Source: Ruditapes philippinarum
Taxonomy: Eukaryota
Direction: 5' to 3'
NCBI RefSeq assembly: GCF_026571515.1
Contig: NW_026861258.1
Coordinates: 62,001 to 126,000, forward strand
Length of the DNA stretch: 64,000 bases
Shown: positions 51,520-62,779 of the stretch, piece by piece
How the letters are laid out: every line of letters starts with the position of its first letter
Position numbering within the stretch: position 1 is the first letter of the stretch
Notes under the pieces: model-generated
What the model was told of the DNA's origin: nothing
The model's input: the letters and a program-made list of their open reading frames with translations, nothing else
The model's database searches: none
Made by a program: the position numbers and the translations under genes

Positions 51520-53285
51520 AGTAAAGCGTTCGATAAAGTCTGGCACAAAGGTCTTCTCTTTAAGCTGAAAGCTGCTGGAGTAGACGGTTGTCTACTTAAC
51601 TGGTTTTCTGACTATCTTACTAACAGGCACCAGGCGGTTATACTACCTGGGGTCCAATCAGACTGGTCGATAGTAAAGGCTGGAGTACCCCAATTCTCCA
51701 TCATTGGGCCGCTACTATTTCTTGTTTTCATCAATGACATCGTGGAAGATATACTAGTAGGCTCTAAAATTAATCTTTTTGCTGACGATACCAGTTTACA
51801 TATTATTGTTGACTACCCTGCTTCTGCTGCTGAAGCACTTCAATCTGATATAGACAAGATATCAGCTCGGGCTGAAAAATGGCTGGTTACTTTCAATCCA
51901 TCGAAGTCTAAATCTATGGTTATCTCTTGTAAAAGAAATAAACCCTTTCATCCTTCACTTCTTATGCATAACCAACAAATAACAACCGTCAACAGTCACA
52001 AACATCTTGCATGGCCTCCACCTTTCAGACGATTGCTCGTGGCATTGTCACATTAACTATATTACCGAACGAGCCTGGAAGAGAATACACATTATGAGGA
52101 AATTGAAGTTTCAGCTTGACCGTAGATCTCTTGAAGTGATATATTTAACTTTCATCCGACCGATTTTGGAATACGCCGATGTTGTCTATCTAAACTGCAC
52201 AAAATATGAGAAACTTGAGCTTGACAAAATTCAAAATGAAGCGTCTCGTATTGTGTGCGGTGCTACAAAACTTGTATCATTAGATAAACTCCATAGTGAA
52301 GTCCCTTGGGAATCCTTAGAATCTCGAAGAAATAATCACATGCTTATCTTACTTTATAAAATGACAAATGGCTTAACACCAGATTACTTGTGCCTACAGT
52401 AGGCGAAAATTCAAGGTACGATCTACGCAATGGTTCAAATATTCAGGTTATTCGAACACGAACAACTCTTTATCAAAATGCTTTTCTTCAAACTGCTCTG
52501 AATAAATGGAACGCCCTTCCAACTGAAGTACAAAATTTACGTTCACTGTTTGCTTTCAAATCCCATTTGAGACGAAGCAGCTCTGGTTGTCCGATTTATT
52601 TCTATGAAGGCGATAGAAAATGGCAGATCTTTCATGCTCGACTTCGTACTGAATGTAGTTCTCTAAATCAACATCTATTTAAGAAATTATTTCTCCATCT
52701 CCTCTTTGTCAGTGTGGCATAGTGGAAAGTAATTACCACTTTTTCTTTGAATGTCAACGCTATGCTGACAGCAGGGCCTCTTTTCTTAACACTATATCTA
52801 CTATTTTTCCAACTCTCCAAAAGTTATTTAATATAGACCCAAACATTAGTGATGATGCAAACAGAAGACTGTTTGAAGCCGTTCATACATACATCCGAGA
52901 AAGCAGGAGATTCTCTTAAGCATATTCACATCAGCTCAAATCACTAAATACTTCCCATTTAAATCGTTGAACTATCCGAATGATCCACATTTCATTTATT
53001 TCTCCTTCTTTTCTATTTTGCTGAAAGTTTCTTCCTTCATTTCTTTCTATCTTAATTTACGTTATTTCTCTTTAATTTTATATAACAAAATGATGCAGTC
53101 TTGTATTCTCATTCATTTTTTGTATATATTTTTGCTTTATATTATAACTAAATGTTAGAAACAATTTTGACTTTAACTTCTTAAAAACAATGTAAAATCA
53201 GATATATTTCAAGCAAGTCACATATACTGTCATACCGTATTTTATGCATTGTAAATCTATAAGGAGAAGGCCTTTATAAGCTCAG
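51520..53285 (+). mobile_element. 5'-truncated, frameshifted CR1-clade LINE (RT C-terminal half + 3' UTR)
   Basis: KAFDKVWH, GVPQFSIIGPLLF, LFADDT, FNPSKS, RPILEYAD, RLRTECSSLN and CQCG..ESNYHFFFEC spread over four frames (51499-52919). Confidence 0.9.
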
Positions 53286-53484
53286 TTTAATTTTTAAACT
53301 AATATTTTATTTAATGGTTGTGATAGTTAGTAAGTGCTTATGCTTAAAATTAATTAAAGTTTTTGTTAAAAAAAATCTACATGGAGAGGAATTAGCTGTC
53401 AACGCCTTTTTCTTTTTCACGCATTTCCATAGAGAGCGCTTGCGATATTTACGTAAAGATATTTCGGTAAAAAATGCGCGATAG

Positions 53485-53533
53485 TGACGTCAGAGATATT
53501 TGACGAACCGGAAGTTGATAAACAAACATGGCG
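53485..53533 (+). promoter_or_regulatory. Compact promoter: CRE, ETS site and strong start context
   Basis: TGACGTCA 53485-53492, CCGGAAGT 53508-53515, AAACATGGCG at the ATG. Confidence 0.6.
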
Positions 53534-54865
53534 GATATAAATCAATGCACATCAAGAACGTTAGCTTCAAACTCTGGTATTTCAAGCGAGCTTGCCAGTC
53601 GGATTGTTAATTTCCGTAAACTAAATGGGCGTGTTCAATCGTTTTCTGAACTTTGGAATGTGGATGGGATGACTAGAGCATTCATGAAGACATTGAGGTC
53701 AAACTTCTTAATAAAGGATGCAGCTAGTTCAGGACTGGAAAATATTAATAACAATAGTTTTAGAACACCAAAGAAGAAGGAGAAGAAAAACAAAATTAAA
53801 TGCAAAGAGACGTCGACGGTAAATAATAAAACATTTTCAAACGTGAACTCCCGAGTTTTAGAAAGTTTACCACTTCTTTCCGATAGTCATGGTGCTGATG
53901 ATACTGATAGCGATAATTTGTTCACCGTCTATACACCAATCGCGGTCCAGTCGTCGGCATCAAGAGGAAAGATAATAACGGTTTACCAAGTAGCATCTCC
54001 TGACAAAATGAAATCGCCCGAAATTATAAAAAGTGTTTTACCCCGGCATAATAGAAAAGAATCCAAAAATCAAAGTAAAAACCAGGCTAAGCAACAGACG
54101 GGGCCAAAACGTACTACAGGACAAAACAGGGAAGTGAAAACCCCATCTCCCCGAAAAAATAAAGACAATGGTTTAACCCATTCTAAAAAGAAATCTATTC
54201 AGAAATGGTTAAAAGATTCAAGTACAGAAAGTTCAAAAGAGATTTCACCATATACCGGAAATAATAAACGCAGTAAAAGTCGAGACCAATATAACCGTAA
54301 CCAAAGCTGCAGTCGGTCGAGAAGCGGTAGCCGATCACGACTTTTACGGAAATCTTGTGGGGCAAAAAAGAAAATTAAACATTTCAAACCACATCATGGT
54401 CATACGTCAGAATTAAAAAACAAAGGTAATGCGCATACAGAGAATCCTGATGGACCATTAACTTGGCTTGATTTAGAATCATCATTTGAAAAAGGCAACG
54501 AGAAACAAAATTTTGAAGCGAGCAGGCGATATGACCGATGTAAGAAAAGTTCGTCTAGGGCAGTCGAACCAAATCCTTTGAGAAGTGAAAGAGAGGAGGG
54601 GAACCATCATATCCAGCATCCTTGTTCATCATCGTCTGTAAAACAAAAAGTTAAAATTACAGAGTCAAGTAAAGATTTAAACAGACGGAGCATCACAAGA
54701 CGCTCTCTCTGGAAGAACAAGCGGCGATCCCGAAGCCCATATGATTACCATCAGCACCAATACCGCCGCCATCGAAGTAAATCACGTGACCGAGACAGAT
54801 CACGTGACAGGAAACACAGACCTGCTAGCTCACCTGAAGCAAATGATAATTGCACAATTCTATAA
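53528..54865 (+). CDS. Intronless 445-aa protein: ComEA-like helix-hairpin-helix (HHH_3) N-terminus, basic/RS-rich disordered tail, C-terminal CaaX (CTIL)
   Basis: DINQCTSRTLASNSGISSELASRIVNFRKLNGRVQSFSELWNVDGMTRAFMKTLRSNF follows the ComEA pattern (IN.A...L..L.GIG...A..I..YR...G.F.S..EL..V.GIG......L). NLS-like PKKKEKK; RS tracts; ends NDNCTIL*. The frame is 1338 nt and uninterrupted, in AT-rich DNA. Confidence 0.8.
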   Translation: MADINQCTSRTLASNSGISSELASRIVNFRKLNGRVQSFSELWNVDGMTRAFMKTLRSNFLIKDAASSGLENINNNSFRTPKKKEKKNKIKCKETSTVNNKTFSNVNSRVLESLPLLSDSHGADDTDSDNLFTVYTPIAVQSSASRGKIITVYQVASPDKMKSPEIIKSVLPRHNRKESKNQSKNQAKQQTGPKRTTGQNREVKTPSPRKNKDNGLTHSKKKSIQKWLKDSSTESSKEISPYTGNNKRSKSRDQYNRNQSCSRSRSGSRSRLLRKSCGAKKKIKHFKPHHGHTSELKNKGNAHTENPDGPLTWLDLESSFEKGNEKQNFEASRRYDRCKKSSSRAVEPNPLRSEREEGNHHIQHPCSSSSVKQKVKITESSKDLNRRSITRRSLWKNKRRSRSPYDYHQHQYRRHRSKSRDRDRSRDRKHRPASSPEANDNCTIL

Positions 54866-55296
54866 TGTGCATACATTTAACCACGGATCTTAAATATATA
54901 TAAATCCGTGAACAATCAATTAAGCATTTAAACAGTTTTTGTTTCCTATGTAAAAATGAACATCGAATAGATCTAAATTAATTTTATAATTATATTCATT
55001 GTTATAAACTATGATCAAACATTTCAAGATGATCTATTTATTTCTATTTATTAACAAAAATGTACCCAGTTCGAATGACTAGTCTGCAAGGCATATTAAA
55101 ACATACATTGTACATTTGAAGTGATGATCCTTATTAAAAATAGTGTTTTAGATACATTTATCTGTTTTATATTTTATGTCACCTTTACTCGGAAGTTAGA
55201 AAATGCACCAGACTTTTATGTATTATATTCTTTATTAATTCCGTGTTATAAATTGTTTTATATAATCTGACAAGGACTACCGTACTGCTTTTGAAA

Positions 55297-55646
55297 TTAG
55301 TGTCCAGCTTTATTTGTCATCCAATGAAAACGCTGTATTTCTTAAAAATTATGTGTGTTAATTTTCTTAGTGTCCAGCTTTATTTGTCATCCAATGAAAA
55401 CGCTGTATTTCTTAAAAATTATGTGTGTTAATTTTCTTAGTGTCCAGCTTTATTTGTCATCCAATGAAAACGCTGTATTTCTTAAAAATTATGTGTGTTA
55501 ATTTTCTTAGTGTCCAGCTTTATTTGTCATCCAATGAAAACGCTGTATTTCTTAAAAATTATGTGTGTTAATTTTCTTAGTGTCCAGCTTTATTTGTCAT
55601 CCAATGAAAACGCTGTATTTCTTAAAAATTATGTGTGTTAATTTTC
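55297..55646. repeat. Perfect 70-bp tandem repeat x5
   Basis: Unit ttagtgtccagctttatttgtcatccaatgaaaacgctgtatttcttaaaaattatgtgtgttaattttc at 55297, 55367, 55437, 55507 and 55577. Confidence 0.95.
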
Positions 55647-56121
55647 ATAGAAGAAAAAAAGTCGATACTATATTGAAATCCGTTCATAGTCGCCTTCTAT
55701 TTTTCATAGTGCTTCATAGTACCGCGTAGTGACGTAATCAAGGGCCAAATAAAGCTTGACACTAAATATGTTAGTGTTCATCCTTAGCTGTTCTACAGAA
55801 ATTAGAAACATTCTCCTGTCGCTATCGCTCCCGTCGAAGTTTCTAATTTCTGTAGAACAGCACGGATGAACACTAACATATACATAGAAGAAAAAAAGTC
55901 GATACTATATTGAAATCCGTTCATAGTCGCCTTCTATTTTTCATAGTGCTTCATAGTACCGCGTAGTGACGTAATCAAGCGCCAAATAAAGCTTGACACT
56001 AAGTATATGTTAGTGTTCATCCGTGCTGTTCTACAGAAATTAGAAACTTCGACGGGAGCGATAGCGACAGGAGAATGTTTCTAATTTCTGTAGAACAGCT
56101 AAGGATGAACACTAACATATA
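55646..56121. repeat. Tandem duplication (~237-bp unit x2), each ending in a ~117-bp imperfect palindrome, inverted between copies
   Basis: Units start at 55646 and 55883; hairpins 55766-55881 and 56004-56121 are reverse complements of one another. Confidence 0.9.
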
Positions 56122-56495
56122 CGAAGAAACGAGCTGATCTACTACATTTTGTTTGAAGATACACTGGTGTAAAATATCTGTCAATGCAAGATCAGCCTGC
56201 AAACATTACGAATGATTAACTGTACAAACCAGCAAGGTATAGTCTCGAAAGCCGCAAACCTCTGCCGTTTGACATCAATTAAAAATGTGCAAGAATTTAT
56301 GTTGTCAAGAGATAAACAAAACCGTCTGTGAATAATTGACACATTTCGTCATTAAAAATGCTGACAAAGCGAGACTAAAGGTCAATGAAATCAGATATCT
56401 GGGGAGCTATCGCAACTGATCACATGAAACCTTTAGCGCATAGATTTATATCAAATTTGAGTTCATAAGTAATAAGAGATTAATACACGATAAAG

Positions 56496-57042
56496 TAGAG
56501 GAAGGTAATAATCGGCCCGCAAAATGAATAATGGCCCCGAGGGCTTCAGCCCGAGGGCATTATTCAATTCAGGGCCGATTATCACGTTCGGCCATACTCT
56601 TGGTTGATCTAATAGTAGCATTTTGTTTTTAAAAAAACACTAAACTTTGAAGTTCTTTCGTTGAAATTCTTGTCTACACTTCTACTGTTCTGTACAGAGA
56701 TATTTGTGTGTTCAAAGCAGTGAAATCTAGAAGTTTTATTTTCATTTATTTTCGGAATGAATTTGTCGTTTTATTTCTTCAAATTTCAATAGTTACAAAA
56801 ATGTGTTTGTACGAAGTACACCTTTAAAAGCTCCCATAATAAAATCAAGCGATTCGTGCTGATAACCTACTTTCACTTTTACAATTAACTGTTTGATGAC
56901 TTAATATGACGTCATTGTTTCAGTTTGTGCACGTGCACATGTTCTGCGGGTTGATAACTAGTTCTCGGTCCTGAGCCGTAAACTCATAATAGGTCACGTG
57001 ACACTCGTAACCAGTTGAAATCATATGCAATTTTGTTACTAT
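56496..57042. mobile_element. Hairpin element (loop gagggcttcagcccgagg)
   Basis: Starts tagaggaagg; hairpin aatcggccc...gggccgatt; taatagtagca / tgttactata inverted motifs. Confidence 0.55.
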
Positions 57043-57232
57043 AGAGGCTCGCATAATATAATTTTATTCAACTCGTGCAATAAATTCAGTATTGAACTTA
57101 CACTCATTCAATATCCTCTATACTAGTATGTGTTCATTTCTGAATTTATTGAACTCGTTGAATAAAATAAAATTCTGCTCGATAGAGGCTCGCTAAATAT
57201 AATTTTATTAAAGTATTAATTATCCTCTATAT

Positions 57233-60200
57233 CGAGGGCTCAACGCGAAACTAGTCTATGTGCATTTTCTAAAAATGTTCAGGAGAAGGAAAAAACTGTC
57301 TCATTTGTTACATTTTCAGAATTTTTCAATATAATATGGATATAGTATGTATTTAAGAGAACTTCAACCATACTTTTTTCAGTTTTGATAATCTGTTCAT
57401 TAAAAATGATGTTTTAGTAAGAAATGTCACATAGAATAGTTTCACGCCAGAATATTGTCATAAATGGCTTAAAGACTGAATGCGAAACTATTCTATGTGA
57501 TTTTATTAAAAAAGCACACTAGTGCGTCAGGGTATGTTATAATAACAATATATGATAGAAAAACAGTTTTTTAATGATCTTATGAAAAATTCACTTAGAC
57601 TAGTTTCGCTCTGAATTTTCTGAAAAAATTGACAAGAAATTTTGTGCGAAACTAGTCTAAGTGATATTTAGGATATGAATGTATGGCAATTAAATGTTTA
57701 TTTTTCTTTTGTTTTTTATTTCTATACAGTTGTATCAATTAAAACATTCAGAGCTTTGAAAATGTTCATGTTATATCAATTTTTTAGCAAATTGATTTAA
57801 TTAACATGCATTTTTGTGCTTTTATTTAGAGATACAGTCGGTAGAAAAAAAATTCAGTTCAGGCTTGAAAAGAATTATTTTATAATTTGATTAATGTTAA
57901 TTAAACACATACAGTGCAAACAATAGAAACATTACTTATATTCTATATATATATATATATATTCTATGTATATATCTGTATCATAGAAATCAGTATTTAA
58001 AATTACATGACTTGGTTTCACAAACTACTGTTTATAAATTCTTAATAGGATATGACAAATGTTATCCTTAATCCTACAATATGACAATTTTCCTTCTTAC
58101 TTTCAAGCAGACAAGACAAATGTAAGTCATCTTCAAATATTTTTGTAAATACAAAGGTAATTTAGTAAAGGGCCATCCCCTTCTTCCCCAACTCCTCTCC
58201 CAGACAGCAATGGTTGCCATCTTAAAATGATGCAGTTCACAGAAGCATGTTAACCAGTCTTTGATGAATCTGTGCACAATACCATGTCATTCAGCTAACT
58301 TTTGATGAAGAAAGAAATTCTATTTTGCTATATAGAATTTCTATCCAATGAGGGAACATAACTAATAGAGTTTCGAAGTTGGAAAGGGGCATAACTCCTT
58401 AAAATTTTGCTTGCAGGAAATCTAACATCTTTCTTTTGATATATGTAAGAGTTCCGAGTTTAATATTGAAATCATAGATGGTCTTTAAATCATTAAACTT
58501 AATGAACAATTTTAATAAAAATTGTATGTTAAAAAGGGACGTCTGACACCAAATATTTAGCTTTTAGATTAATGTCCCTTGTGTCACACTGGAATCTTAC
58601 ATTGATAAGCAAAGTTTCAAATTTTTAAATTGTTTGCATTTGGGACTGCAGTCAAGATTTTTCACATTCCCAACAAAAACAAGACCGACTCTGCATTTGG
58701 GACTGCAGTCAAGATTTTTCACATTCCCAACAAAAACAAGACCGACTCTGCATTTGGGAATGCAGTCAAGATTTTTCACATTCCCGACAAAAACAAGACC
58801 GACTCAGCCATTATTACAGCTTGACATTTTTTATTTGAAACAGAAGAGCTAAGAATGAAAAGCAGTCAACCCACTGTGCCATTTAAAATTTTGTTTTAAT
58901 GCATACATCTAGGACTAGGCATATCACAATGCAACAAATCATCGATGAATCTTACATCTCTAATCTTGGCTAGATGTAACCCAAATAATGTTTTCTATCT
59001 GCTTTGGACTAGAGAAAAGAACATGATAGACCTTCAAAACAGAAACAAAAACATGTACATGTGTATGTTAACATTGATTTGCTATAATGATGTTAAAATT
59101 GATTTAGAAATAGAAAACTGCTGAAATATCATGATTTTATGGATCTTGTCACTTAATTAAGTGAATACCTCCCTCTCCTAGCAATATCAGAAACAAAATC
59201 ACATCATTGACCTGACAGAAGCTCATTTCCATTACTATGTCCGGCCCTTCTTGCATATGGGTGAAGAAGCTTAGACTAAGATGTATGTATCAAACGTTTA
59301 ACAAGAAAGTTTCTTGGATAATGGTATACACGTATTATTCAAACTGATATGATAAGCATGTTAATATTAACGGAACTCATGTTCCCAAAGATGAAATACT
59401 TTCACCAAAAAGATTTCAAAGGCAAACTTGTGGCAAGAATTTATGGAAGCAATACGTAATTAGGTTAGTTAACTGTGTATTTCATGACTATGTGTTAAAA
59501 TTTTTAACTTATACCATGCAAGTTTTTTATGGTTTGTCATTTATTTTTGCGACCAAAAATTTCATTTATGACTAAGGTAACATTTTTTTTGTCACTCAAT
59601 CAATATCTTTAACATTCTGTCCAGTAAGTTGTTGGACTGTGTACGGAGTTCAAGAGGATGGAGTCATTTTGATTTGCCCTTGCTTGTTATGCTGACGCTG
59701 TCATGTCAGACTTCCTTACACTGAGAAAAAAGTGGAATATGGCTAAAATTGCACACATTTCTAGTTATTTCAAGGTTAATCAGATGAAAAATCTTGAATA
59801 CAAATCAAAAGGCAATTTAAGTCAAGCATTGGATTTATTATGGAGGGGTGTTGATTCTATTCTCAGGCTAAGTGAAATTTCTGTGTGACATGATCTCAGA
59901 TATTAATTTTAATGTTCATTTTTGCGACGGACGTGCCCTTGGGTGCGTTTAGAGCTATGTCATCTACACATGGGATTTCGTCGGTTAAAAACGCGCAATT
60001 GTCCTCAACCGAATAACAGCCCAAGAAATAGTACATAAATTTGATCCTATGAAACTCCCATACTTTGTTGGGATATCTTAAAAACTTCCATATTTAGCCT
60101 TTTCAATTTCGAATTAAGTTATCCAAGTTAAAATATGAACGTATTTGATTGATAAAAACGTTGTAGCCCCCGTAGTATTATTGCGCAATATGCAAATAAC

Positions 60201-60941
60201 TGCTGAAACCATTTACTGCTGTCGAAAATGTAGGACAGCAAATTAATATTGCTATAATTAAGGAGTAAGCTCAATAATTCATAGAAATTATTAGTAGGAA
60301 ATAAATATTTCTCCACTAAACATATTTATGAACAGATCAAAAGTTTTTCTTAAGTTATTCCGGAAATTTGGTATCGGGACTGACGGACAAACACTGAAAA
60401 TAACTCAAATTTGTTGTTTCCATAAATTCTTAACACTAGTTTGCAGTTTGCTTAGTTAAAATAAATCATAATTAAAGAAATATAATGCCTGAATTGAACA
60501 AATTTTAAAAATTATTCAATATCAGTTTAAACAAAATTTCAATGCAAGCCATTACCAACTATGTGTGTGATTTGGAATAATTTTTTAAGGTTGTTTTACT
60601 ATTTTAATGATCTGAATTAATGTACCTATTGAAATAATGCAATTGTATAGAAAAATTGATATAAATTTCTTCACATAGGCTACTTGACTTAAAAAGAGAT
60701 GTTAATATTAATGCGAAACTAGCCTATGTGCAAATTTTTTGCAGATAGACTAGTTTCGCATTGAGCAAATATAGCCTTTTGAGATACAATAGTATGGCAA
60801 ATATGTTTTGTGTCCTTAACTATGCACAGGAAAAGGAAGATTTTAACACATAATGTGAGGACTATAAAGACTTTTCAGAATCTGTAAAAAAGACCTTTTA
60901 TGAAAAAATGTCAGATAGACTAGTTTCGCGTTGACCCCTCG
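57233..60941. mobile_element. 3.7-kb non-autonomous DNA transposon with ~25-bp TIR and ATAT flanks (Sola-like)
   Basis: CGAGGGCTCAACGCGAAACTAGTCTAT ... ATAGACTAGTTTCGCGTTGACCCCTCG, ATAT on both sides, and internal repeats of GCGAAACTAGTCTA near both ends. No transposase ORF seen. Confidence 0.8.
58636..58806. repeat. 57-bp tandem repeat x3
   Basis: gcatttgggactgcagtcaagatttttcacattcccaacaaaaacaagaccgactct. Confidence 0.9.
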
Positions 60942-61178
60942 ATATATTCATCACCCTCATATATTTCTTTAAATACAGGATTTTTTTCCTCTTTTTTTTA
61001 CCTTAAGATTCGAAAGACTTACCCATTAAATTTGTGTATTAGTAGTCCGACAAGACATCAGTGAAAATACGAAAAATATGTTTCACAGTGACTGCAGAAA
61101 AAAAGTTTTACAGTGAAAATACGGAAATGAAAATATGCATTTTATTCCATCTATATTTCTCAGTATTTCATTTATAAG

Positions 61179-61320
61179 ATAGAGGATATTTGTTTTGTTC
61201 AGTGTAAGATCGGAATATATTTCACCGAGTGAGCACCAAAAGTGAAAAATGAACTTTTGGTGTCCTTGAGGTGAAATATAATTCGATCTTACATTAAACT
61301 AAACAAATTTTCTTTTTTAT
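61179..61320. mobile_element. Another long-hairpin element starting TAGAGGATATT
   Basis: tttgttttgttcagtgtaagatcggaatatatttcacc...ggtgaaatataattcgatcttacattaaactaaacaaa. Confidence 0.65.
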
Positions 61321-61863
61321 TATATGCAAAGAAACGTTTTAAAAGACATTTTAACCTAGTACCAAATGAAAAGGGCGCCAAATAATAATACAACGTGACG
61401 TCATTTACAACGTCAGGTCATTAAGTTGGTTTCCAGTACTGTGAACGCTTGTATTTTAATGAAACAACGTAACGGGCTCAAATATTCAAAACAGTGAAAT
61501 TATCAAATTGGTAATTTCACTGTTTAAAACAGTGAAATTATCAGTTTTTATTTCACTGATATATTTCAATAAACCACCGAAAAGCATGTAATAATATATA
61601 ATAAATCACATAATTATAATCTTAAAGTATTTTCAAGAAAGCGATGCGGGAGAAACAAAACAAGCGGCGACAAAATGACGCTTATTTTTATGAAGTAATT
61701 TAAAAAGTTCCTTATTTGTCGAGCATTCTACTCTGTTGCCTTTAGATTTATAGACCAGACTTCTTTAAATCAGTTTCAAACACTTTCATTTGACTTTCAT
61801 TTCAATGAAATATCAAAGAACAAAATGTATCTCATTAAGAAACATGAGATGATAGAATTCATA

Positions 61864-62100
61864 TGAGCCGCGTCACGACAAAACCAACATAATGGGTTTG
61901 CGACCAGCATGGATCCAGACCAGCCTGCGCATCCGCACAGTCTGATCAGGGTCCATGCTGTTCGCTTACAAACCCTATTATAAGTAGAGAAACTGATAGC
62001 GAACAGCATGGATCCTGATCAGACTACGCGGATGCGCAGGCTGGTCTGGATCCATGCTGGTCGCAAACCCATTATGTTGGTTTTGTCGTGACGCGGCTCA
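61864..62100. mobile_element. Palindromic MITE, copy 2
   Basis: Same family as 20215-20438, with the central spacer in the opposite orientation. Confidence 0.9.
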
Positions 62101-62708
62101 TTTTCAGTCAACTTGTAGCTGCTTTTTATCGTCCAATTAAAACTTAATGAGTTTATTACACTCGAATCTGATAAAATAAGGAAACAGTTTTTCTGTCTAG
62201 TCATACTATTATAAAAGACAGACTGGTTATTTGATATCAAAATAAAAAAAACAGCTCAGTCTACTACGCACTACAGTACTACTGATTTATTGGACGTTAC
62301 ACAACAAGCGTACTGAACTTTGACATATACAATGTAAATGTCATCGACGAAGCTTCATTTCTTATTAACTGTCGGCGGGATGTTGATTCAAGAAAGTTAT
62401 TTGAACTGGAAAGAGAAATGAAATTAATTAATTGGACCGTATTTAGTAAATCTCCATTTAATCTTTTTCTATATAGAAAGAAAAGCTATTATATTTATTA
62501 ACAATGTAATTCAGGTGAAATTAATATGAATATTTCATGCCAAGTTCCCTCTCTTGGGTGATTTCGTTGGAAAGGTGAAAAATTGTGGGCCGACATGCAG
62601 ATGAAAATGTCAAAAAAGATATGTGAAATGAAGTATAAATTGACAATCAGGAATTTTCAGATAATCAGGTCATGGCAAACGTCTGAAAATAGAATAGATT
62701 TCAATTAT

Positions 62709-62739
<31 letters not shown>

Positions 62740-62779
62740 ATGTTATAATCCTCCAGTCATGTCATGAAACGATATATAT

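Noticed and set aside
55297-55646. CRISPR-like regular repeats
   Set aside because: The units are identical head-to-tail with no unique spacers; the context is eukaryotic and there are no cas genes.
58597-58852. ORFs with 19-aa repeats
   Set aside because: By-product of a 57-bp tandem repeat that is open in several frames on both strands.
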